From assembly GCA_043228905.1 (NCBI GenBank), contig JBHGNT010000001.1, positions 25,668,001 to 25,732,000 of the forward strand: DNA of 64,000 bases. Direction: 5' to 3'. Under the pieces are notes generated by a model, which was not told where the DNA came from, searched no databases, and saw only the letters and a list, made by a program, of their open reading frames with translations. The DNA is from Azolla caroliniana. Its lineage: Eukaryota; Plantae; Polypodiophyta. Below are positions 12,601-20,620 of the stretch, in pieces. Numbering within the stretch: the first letter of the stretch is position 1; every line of letters begins with the position of its first letter. Both the position numbers and the translations under genes were made by a program.

Positions 12601-13787
12601 GACCTGCAGGCAGCACAGGACTCGAAGAACTAACAAGTATGATGCGCAACCTCCAGATTGCCCAGGCCCGATGAAGCGACGAGGGTCGGCCGCGCGACCG
12701 GCGATCGCCGGCCAATCAGAGGTGTATATGGTGCGACGTCACCGAACATGCCCAGAGAGATTGCGCTAACCTCGGTGAAGCGCTCTGAAGTAATGTAGTT
12801 TACCTTTTGAATGGCAGGATACATGCAAGCAACACACGAAGATTGCTTGATGTGAATTTCAGACGAGGTGGCATGAAGAGGCTAATGGAAGAGGCCACGA
12901 CACAGCACGTCGAAGCCGTCCACTACTCGGCTTCGGCCGGCATCCGCGTAGGCGAAAAGGCGGCCAAACCCGATTCAAAACCTGGGTTCTGGCCGGTTAT
13001 TCTCGAGACCTTGTCCAGAGGAAGGTTGCAGAAGGGAGAATTGGTGCGCGCAGAGGAGCGTGTGCGTGAAGTTACCGGCTGGAGTGTTACGGGCATGACC
13101 ATTTAATATCCCGTGGTGAGAATTTACCGTAGTATTCTATACACGTGGATAAGTGTGAGGGTTAAACGAGAGTGTAAAGAAGGGGAGGATTACTTTTAAT
13201 CCTCGGGATTGAGACAACCCATTAGGTCAAGTGTGAACTTGCCTGGGGGCCTTGGGTATCGCTATAAATAAGAGGCCTAGCTACCCTCATTTGATCATCT
13301 TTTGACTACATCGAGACTCTGCTCTTGTGGTGGGTCAACTCTTGTAGCGAGCGCGCCAGCACCAGGTACGACTCGACACCACGGCGGTGGTATGGGACGC
13401 CGATCGAGGCTCGAGTCCGTCTCGATCCCTTCGCTCGGGGGTGGTCGGGTGGATCGGCACCCTTCTTTCTCTTTCTCCTTTCTATCTATCATTTGTTTAT
13501 CCTTATCTGAAGCTTACTTTAGTACTTAGATCTCTAATATTTGGTATCAGATTTATGTACTAATGTTTCTTTGTTTTTCATTTGTCTTTTGATTGATGTT
13601 GATCGATCGATGTGCGGCCGGCCTTGATCCAGACAACGATCAACAAAGAACTTCGGTAACTCTTTCCATAAATTTTTTTTCTATTCTCTCTTCTCCCATC
13701 TAATCATGTGTTTAGTTTATATGTCTTTTTTTTTCATTAAGTCAATGATGTTGTAGTGGTCTTTAATATATTATCTAAAACGTTTAC

Positions 13788-14050
13788 ATATGTCCATGAG
13801 GTCAATACCTCGTTTGACATATTAATAATATGTGATGAGTGTCGTATGCGTACGAGGTTAATACCTCAATTACGTATTACGTTCACGAACATATGTTACG
13901 TTTGCGTATGAGTTTAATACTTTGATTTGTTGTAAACGATATGTGGTTGGTCTTGTATGCGTAAGAGGTCAATTCCTCAATTGCATATTATGATGATCTC
14001 TTATTTGTGGATGTTTCGTGTGCGTAGAGGTATATACCTCGATTACGTAT
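13788..14050 (+). repeat. Array of five related stem-loops (GAGG-N6-CCTC apex) in the leader of element K
   Basis: Apical stems start near 13798, 13854, 13910, 13965 and 14027, with a period of about 55-62 nt; each has its own complementary basal stem. Confidence 0.8.
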
Positions 14051-14974
14051 CTCGATCACATCATTTGTGGCTATTTAATATAACGATGTGTTTAATATAG
14101 GCATATGTGGTCACATATATACGTATTTGATCGTATATATGTGATAAGTAAACATATGTGTATATTCGTTATTACGTTGTCGTGAAGAAAACCGTCCATA
14201 AGCGGAATCGGCAGACCAAGGCGTGGGAACCGGTTCCTCACGCGCGCACGCTCCAAGTCGAACATAGAAGCGAGTTAGGAGGATATTCGGAGGAACGGGC
14301 CCTAACACGAGTGGAGACAAAGACCGCGCGAACAGTCTTTTCGGTCGCGCGCGCGAGCTAAGGGACGGCACGAGTCGGCGGCGTAACTACGCGTATGCGT
14401 GAAGAACGGAGCGGATCCCTGTTCGAAAGGGACAGGGGATAAAGCTGACATGACGGCCTGCTCGTCGAGATATATAAGGAACAGGAAAGAGCTGTAAAAG
14501 GATATCGCGCAGAGAGGAGGAAGTGCTGTCGGACCGTTTCTGGACGCTTCACTCTCTGTTTCCTTCCTTCTTGAGCTCCATAGCTTTCTGTGCAGAGTTC
14601 CGAGGAGGCTCGCGCTGTTTCGAGGAACGCCCGAGTGCTTCCGGCAGCACCTCCGACCTGCTACCCCCCCTTTGTGCGTTGAAGCGAACAGGCTTCGGCA
14701 TCTGTTCGCCGGCCTGTTCGGTTGCGACCAACCTGTGCCCCATCGGGGGTTGTAGTCGTGCTAGCCATTTTTCTTAATATACATATTTAGTCATTCGCAT
14801 CTGTTTGTGCCGGTGTCTGTTCGCGTTCTCCGTGCTGAAGGGCCGTGTCCCTGTGTATCCCCGGTCCTGCGTAGCCGGTTCTCCCTCTTTCTCCTCCCTC
14901 GCTTGCTCTTTGGTTCGAGGCCCCCGCGGTCCCGCCTCGTTTCCACACGCACTTGCGTAATACCTTGACATCTT

Positions 14975-14992
14975 TGGTGAACCCGACGTGAA
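14975..14992 (+). promoter_or_regulatory. Primer-binding site complementary to the 3' 18 nt of plant cytosolic tRNA-Trp
   Basis: TGGTGAACCCGACGTGAA lies 4 nt after the LTR and is the reverse complement of ...TTCACGTCGGGTTCACCA (tRNA-Trp 3' end, recalled); close variants occur in copies A, B, C, D, F, H and L. Confidence 0.88.
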
Positions 14993-15014
14993 AGAGGCGG
15001 CAGAAGAGCAGAAG

Positions 15015-17141
15015 ATGAGGGGGTCGGATCTTGCAGAAGCCATGGCTTCGGCCGTGGATCGGATTGTAAACGCGCGCGAGGGCACCGGTGCCCTCGACAG
15101 AGCTATTGAGGCGGTCGTCGGCACGATCGGCCGGTTCGATGGGAGGGATGCCACGAAGTATCTGGCGTCCTACGGTGCAGAAATGTTGATGCGGGACATT
15201 CCGGAAGAAAGGCGTCTTGCCGGATTTCCCCGAGTGGCAATGCCGAGCATCCATGCGGAGGTGCTCGAGGTGCGGGCGGAGAGCCGTACCTGGGAGGAGT
15301 TCGAAGGCCGGCTCCTAGAGAAATACGGGCTGGACGACGCGCTCCGGCTTTCGAAGCGAAGGTTCATGGAATGGGTGGAGTCCCCGGGGAAGGGAAGAAA
15401 CGCGTCGGCACTCCTCCGGGAGTTCGAGGAAAACTTTGCGCGCCTTTCGGCGCTCGACCGAACCATCCTGGACACGAGCCGGGTCTTGCTGTTTGTCAAG
15501 TCGGTCGACGAGCGGGATCGGGAGCAAGTGGGCCTCTTGCTGGAAACCGAAGACGGGCTCACTATCGACTGGGCGGCTGTCAAGAAGGTCTGTGGCCGTT
15601 TCGACAAACGGCGAGAATGGGCGGATAACGGGGTAACCGGGTCGGGCTCGGTCGCAGCAAGGAAGTTCGAACCAGCGCCACAGGTGCGGAAGGAAGAGAC
15701 CCAAGAGTGGTTGGAAACCGGTTCGGCTTCGACCGGCGTAGTCAGAGGCTCAACCGGAGGAGCGGCGCTGGAGGAATTGACGAGGGCGGTAAAGGACCTC
15801 CAAATCGCGCAAGCCCGAAGGGAAGGTGGCGAACCGGCTCGTGACCGACGGCCGGCGGCAGGAAACAGGTGCATGTGGTGCGATGAAGTCGGCCACATTC
15901 GGAAGGACTGCGGCGACTTCGCGGAGGCGCTAAGGGACAGGGTGGTGTACCTGTGGGAAGGGCGGGTGCATGCCAGCGACACCCGAAGGGCCCTGAGCCG
16001 AAACGACGGGCGAGGTGGTATGAAAAGGTTGATGGAAGAGGCAGCGGCCCGACACGCGGAAACCGTCCACTACTCGGCGTCGGCCGGCATTCGAGTCGGG
16101 GGCGGCGAGGCCCAAAAGGAAAGCAAAGCCGGATTCTGGCAGACGATGCTGGGAGGCCTTGCCGGTGCAAGGCTTAAAGGGGAGGAATCAGACCGCGCGG
16201 AGAAACGAGTACGGGAGATAACCGGGTGGAGCGACCCGGTCGAGGAAAGGACGGGCTTCGTGGAAGCCGCTTGCCAGAACTACGAGGCTCTGGTAGAAGA
16301 GAAGCGGGTGGGGAAACCCGGGACGACCGGGCCCTCACAACGATACGAGACCCGGTCCGGGCCACGACGGGACGAAGCCGGCGGGGCCGGTACGAAAGAT
16401 AAACCCCAGAAGGGCGGGTACCGTCTGGGGACGGAGATAGAAAGGACCACGGACTTACGAAAGGTCCTGGAGGAACGGATCCTCGACAGCAAGGTGGAGC
16501 TGTCGTTACGAGAGGTGCTGGGAATCGCCAAGAAGGAGTTCCACGACTCCATCGTGGACTTGGTGAAACGGAAGAGGCTGTCAACGGAGACAGAACCGGA
16601 AAGACCAGTGGAAGTGCGGACGACGCACCTAGACGACATGGCGCTGGGAGACGAGTGGGCGGAAAGCCACTATTCGAGACCACACTGGGCCCGAGCGACC
16701 ACGGAAACCCCGGTGAAGATCGGCGATGTCCAGGAACCGGTGATAGCTTTGGTGGACCACGGATCAGAGATCAACTTGATGTCCATGGACTTCTATAAGA
16801 AGGGCAAATGGCCGATCAACACCAAGCACGGGTGGAAAATAAGGGCGGCAACGCGCGCCACCGAGGAGCTGCACGGGGCCTGTCCGAATGTGCGAGTCAA
16901 GATCGGCGACGTCGAGATTGACCAGCACTTCTTCGTGCAGGAGACATCTTCGCATCCGGTCATACTGGGAGAGCCGTACATCACGGCGGCGCGGATGGAG
17001 ACCAAGGTGCTGGACAACGGTTCGGCCTACGCGAGGGTCAAAAGCCAAGACGGGCGCCATTCGGTCCAGTTTCTGACGGTACGGCCGAACCACGAACGTA
17101 ACCGCGACTCCCTCGGTTCCGAAAACCGAGAGGATTTTTAG
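15015..17141 (+). CDS. gag: Gag-protease polyprotein (about 708 aa)
   Basis: First ATG at 15015 (the ORF-track GTG start lies within the PBS); CCHC knuckle CMWCDEVGHIRKDC; retropepsin-like ALVDHGSEIN and HPVILGEP. Confidence 0.92.
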   Translation: MRGSDLAEAMASAVDRIVNAREGTGALDRAIEAVVGTIGRFDGRDATKYLASYGAEMLMRDIPEERRLAGFPRVAMPSIHAEVLEVRAESRTWEEFEGRLLEKYGLDDALRLSKRRFMEWVESPGKGRNASALLREFEENFARLSALDRTILDTSRVLLFVKSVDERDREQVGLLLETEDGLTIDWAAVKKVCGRFDKRREWADNGVTGSGSVAARKFEPAPQVRKEETQEWLETGSASTGVVRGSTGGAALEELTRAVKDLQIAQARREGGEPARDRRPAAGNRCMWCDEVGHIRKDCGDFAEALRDRVVYLWEGRVHASDTRRALSRNDGRGGMKRLMEEAAARHAETVHYSASAGIRVGGGEAQKESKAGFWQTMLGGLAGARLKGEESDRAEKRVREITGWSDPVEERTGFVEAACQNYEALVEEKRVGKPGTTGPSQRYETRSGPRRDEAGGAGTKDKPQKGGYRLGTEIERTTDLRKVLEERILDSKVELSLREVLGIAKKEFHDSIVDLVKRKRLSTETEPERPVEVRTTHLDDMALGDEWAESHYSRPHWARATTETPVKIGDVQEPVIALVDHGSEINLMSMDFYKKGKWPINTKHGWKIRAATRATEELHGACPNVRVKIGDVEIDQHFFVQETSSHPVILGEPYITAARMETKVLDNGSAYARVKSQDGRHSVQFLTVRPNHERNRDSLGSENREDF

Positions 17142-17197
17142 AGAGGACTGCCAAGGCGTGGGGCCGCGACAGTCCGGATGCTCCGGGAAAACCCCAC
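17132..17197 (+). promoter_or_regulatory. Predicted -1 programmed ribosomal frameshift signal (G_GAT_TTT, stem and candidate pseudoknot)
   Basis: Heptamer 17132-17138 directly before the gag TAG; the -1 frame is open from 17138 into pol; stem GGACTG (17145-17150)/CAGTCC (17170-17175) after a 6-nt spacer; heptamer conserved in 3 other copies. Confidence 0.82.
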
Positions 17198-20100
17198 ATC
17201 TGTACGATAAAACCGTGTACAATAGGTAGGAAATTTTGCTTCTCCGACAGCGGAGCATGTACGTTGGTCGGCATCGCCGGCCGAGAGAAAACAAAGACGG
17301 AGGGGAGACTTCGGGCGTGCGGAGTTCTCGGCCCTGACGAAGAAATCAACGGAGCCGTGGAGGCAGTCTCCCTCGACGACACCTTGGGAATGCTGGGGAG
17401 GGTAGTCGAAGAAGACCTTATCGAGGACCGGGCGATACCGGTATGTTCAGAAGAAATGTACGAAGTCATCGCGGACTTCGGTCGAGGGCTCGAGTCGGAA
17501 CGGACGGCCCGAGTTAGCACCAAGTACAAGACTGTGGACCGGAAGGTGAGGCCAGTTGCGGCGCCCCTACCGGAGGGCAGCGAATCCCGAATCAAAGGGG
17601 TGGCATCGGACCCCAGCTTACGGGATCCGGCCTGCATAGGACACACCTTCACCAACGAGACGCTCCGCGAGCTGAAGATCGGTGGGGGCGGGTTCCTACT
17701 GCCGGTGGAGGAAGACCGGTTTCGGAGGATGCTCGGAAGGCGCGGGAAAGCCTTCACATTCTCACCGGAGGAAATCGGGTGCGTAGACCCGACGATCGTA
17801 GAGCCGATGGTGATATTCACGGTACCGCATGTACCGTGGAATCTCAAGCCAATTCCGGTTCCGAGAGCTCACATCCCGAAGTTGATGGAGCTGTTGAAGC
17901 AGAAAGTTGATATGGGCATTCTCGAGCCGTCGAGCGCCCCGTACTCGAACCGGTGGTTTACCGTACCAAAGAAAAACGGATCATTGCGCTTCATTCAGGA
18001 CCTGCAACCGGTCAATAGGGTGACCATTCGGAACGCAGGGATCGGACCGACCATAGATGAGTTCGCGGAGGCCTTCGCCGGAAGGTCGATTTACTCGGTC
18101 GGTGATCTATATTCAGGGTACGACCAGTTCCAGCTAGCCGTGGAGAGCAGAGACATTACGACGATGCGAACTCCCCTCGGCCTAGTGCGGATGTGTACGT
18201 TGCCGCAAGGAGGGACCAACTCGGTGGCGCACATGGTGAATGCAATGAACAAGGTGCTGAGGGACTGCATCCCGGACATCACCATGCCGTTTCTAGACGA
18301 CATCCCGATCAAGGGATGCCCGGTAGAAGAGAAGGACGAGACGATCGGGCCGGACGGATGCCGGCGATTCGTGGTAACGCACATCGACGACTGCGAGAAG
18401 GTGCTGCAAAGGCTAGAGGATGCGAGGCTCACCTTCTCGGGGGAGAAGTCAGCCTTCGGGCAGTCGGAAATCATGGTGGTCGGACATTTATGTGGACCAT
18501 ATGGCCGGAGACCGTCTCCGGCAAAGATAGAAGCCATCTTCGCGATGAAGCCTGATTGCAGCTCGGTCACGGAAGTACGAAGATTCTTGGGGGCATGCGC
18601 CTTCTACCACATATGGATCCCGCATTACGCGCACGTCGCGGAGCCGCTGTACGGATTATTGAAGAAAGGGCGAAGATTCGAATGGCTAGACAAGCACACG
18701 GAGTCGGTCCGGAAGCTGAAGGAGGCTCTTTCGGCAGCACCGGCGCTCCGAAAGGCCGTCTCCAGGAAGGGCACCCCAGTGTACATAACGGTTGACACGA
18801 GTCCGACCGGAATCGGGTGGGTCGTCAACCAAGAAGACGAGGATGGCAATCGGTTTCCGATCCGATTCGGCGCGAAGGTCCTCAGCGAACGGCAGCGAGG
18901 ATACGCCCAGGTTAAACGCGAACTCTGGGGTATCGTTTCGGCGGTGAAGGCCGACAAGGACTATCTGATCGGGACAGAGGTAATCATAGAGACGGATTGC
19001 ATGCTGATTCTCGACATGATTTCCGGATGCGCGACGCCGGACCTGGCAATGCTCAGGTGGATAGCGTACATCAAGTCCCTGGACCCGGAAATACGACACA
19101 TTTCCGGGAAAGACAACGCCATGGCCGACATGCTTTCAAGGGCGAGATTCGATGATGAGGGCGGCATGGTTTCGGAGGACGAAGACGTCGGCGTGGACTT
19201 CTTCGAGACTGCGTATGTAACAACCGACGGAACAAGCACTCCGGCGCTTAACGACTTCGACGCGAGCAAGTACGACGGGGAGTGGCTGCAGATCGGTGGG
19301 TTTTTGAAGACAATGACGCCCGATGCGTCATGGACGAAGGACGAGGCCAACCGGATCCGGAAGAAAGCGTACCGGTTCTTTCTCCGGGATGGCTATCTAT
19401 GGAAGCACCCGAAGAAGAAGGACGGCGCTCCGCTCCGGGTGGTGGCGATGAAGGAAGAACAGGAGGAGCTGCTGACGGCCTACCACGACAGCCCTTGGGC
19501 TGGACACCGTGGAACATGGGCTACGTTTGAGAAACTGAAGGGGAAGTATTGGTGGCCGGGGCAGTACCGGGACGTGCATCGGTTCGTGACAACTTGCGAG
19601 AGCTGTCAGATGCACTCCATAGTCCGACATCGGGACGAGCTTCACCCCACGTACCCTCCGACCATCCACTTCAAATGGATGGTAGATCTGGTGACGATGC
19701 CAATGGGGGTAGGACAGATGCGGTACCTGGTCCTAGCGCGGGAGGATCTGACGAACCAGGTGGAAGGCCGGGCCCTTCCGAACAAAACGACCGCGGCCGT
19801 ATGCCGGTTCCTAATCGAGGACGTGATATGCCGGTACGGGTGCGTCGGGAAGATCGTGGCTGACCGAGGGGAGTTGGACGCCGAAGAAGCCGCGGAGCTG
19901 TTCGGCCGGCTGGGAGTCAAGCTCTCGCTCACCACTGCGTACAATCCGGAGGCGAATGGAAAGGTGGAGCGCGGACACGGACCGATCGTCAAGGCGTTGG
20001 TTCGGGCATGCGGAGGCCGAGTCGGTGACTGGCCGCGGCTGCTACCTTATGCTTTGTGGGCAGACCGGACCACGCACAGTTCGGTAACCGGGTACATGCC

Positions 20101-20620
20101 GACGGAGCTCATGTTCGGCCAGAAGCCGATCATGCCGATAGAACGGGCTATCTCCTCGTGGGCAACGGTCGACTGGAGGGACGAGATGAGCCGGGAGGAG
20201 TTGTTGGCCGCGCGCATACGACAGCTCGAGCGGAGACCGGAGGACGTGGAACTGGCTGCGGAGAAGCTCCGGGTGGCGAGGAAAAAGAACAAAGCCAGGT
20301 TCGACCGAACGCACCGGCTCCGACCGAAGAAAATCGAAGAAGGTGACTGGGTGCTCGTCTACGACAGCAGCCTCGACAACCAGCACCGAGCTACACGGAA
20401 GTTCGCACGAAGGTGGTTCGGGCCTTACGTGGTACGGAGCGCCAATGACAACGGGACGTATCACCTGGCGGAACTCGACGGCACGAGAATGGCGATACCG
20501 GTTGCAGGGAAGCGGATCAAGGCGTTCAAGAAGCGACACGACGACGAGCCAGACCCGGCTCTCCTGGTCAGCAGTGACGAACGATCCGAAAACGAGGAAG
20601 AACCGACGGGCGAGGAATGA
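17138..20620 (+). CDS. pol: Pol (RT, RNase H, integrase) in the -1 frame; no chromodomain
   Basis: RT motifs DLYSGYDQ, LPQGGTNS, FLDD; RNase H VDTS, RELWG, ETD; integrase HDSPWAGH...CESC, VDL, ADRG, GKVERGH, WFGPY; no stop between 17138 and the ORF-track start at 17264. Confidence 0.95.
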   Translation, partial: LERTAKAWGRDSPDAPGKPHICTIKPCTIGRKFCFSDSGACTLVGIAGREKTKTEGRLRACGVLGPDEEINGAVEAVSLDDTLGMLGRVVEEDLIEDRAIPVCSEEMYEVIADFGRGLESERTARVSTKYKTVDRKVRPVAAPLPEGSESRIKGVASDPSLRDPACIGHTFTNETLRELKIGGGGFLLPVEEDRFRRMLGRRGKAFTFSPEEIGCVDPTIVEPMVIFTVPHVPWNLKPIPVPRAHIPKLMELLKQKVDMGILEPSSAPYSNRWFTVPKKNGSLRFIQDLQPVNRVTIRNAGIGPTIDEFAEAFAGRSIYSVGDLYSGYDQFQLAVESRDITTMRTPLGLVRMCTLPQGGTNSVAHMVNAMNKVLRDCIPDITMPFLDDIPIKGCPVEEKDETIGPDGCRRFVVTHIDDCEKVLQRLEDARLTFSGEKSAFGQSEIMVVGHLCGPYGRRPSPAKIEAIFAMKPDCSSVTEVRRFLGACAFYHIWIPHYAHVAEPLYGLLKKGRRFEWLDKHTESVRKLKEALSAAPALRKAVSRKGTPVYITVDTSPTGIGWVVNQEDEDGNRFPIRFGAKVLSERQRGYAQVKRELWGIVSAVKADKDYLIGTEVIIETDCMLILDMISGCATPDLAMLRWIAYIKSLDPEIRHISGKDNAMADMLSRARFDDEGGMVSEDEDVGVDFFETAYVTTDGTSTPALNDFDASKYDGEWLQIGGFLKTMTPDASWTKDEANRIRKKAYRFFLRDGYLWKHPKKKDGAPLRVVAMKEEQEELLTAYHDSPWAGHRGTWATFEKLKGKYWWPGQYRDVHRFVTTCESCQMHSIVRHRDELHPTYPPTIHFKWMVDLVTMPMGVGQMRYLVLAREDLTNQVEGRALPNKTTAAVCRFLIEDVICRYGCVGKIVADRGELDAEEAAELFGRLGVKLSLTTAYNPEANGKVERGHGPIVKALVRACGGRVGDWPRLLPYALWADRTTHSSVTGYMPTELMFGQKPIMPIERAISSWATVDWRDEMSREELLAARIRQLERRPEDVELAAEKLRVARKKNKARFDRTHRLRPKKIEEGDWVLVYDSSLDNQHRATRKFARRWFGPYVVRSANDNGTYHLAELDGTRMAIPVAGKRIKAFKKRHDDEPDPALLVSSDERSENEEEPTGEE

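Noticed and set aside
13788-14050. Repeat-spacer pattern resembling a CRISPR array
   Set aside because: Repeats are degenerate, no cas genes are present, and the context is a eukaryotic retrotransposon leader; reported instead as an RNA stem-loop array.
15170-17847. Long antisense ORFs over gag and pol (e.g. 15170..15982, 17038..17847) and their equivalents in other copies
   Set aside because: Shadow frames expected from GC-rich codon usage; Ser/Arg-rich, no motifs, and inconsistent starts between copies.
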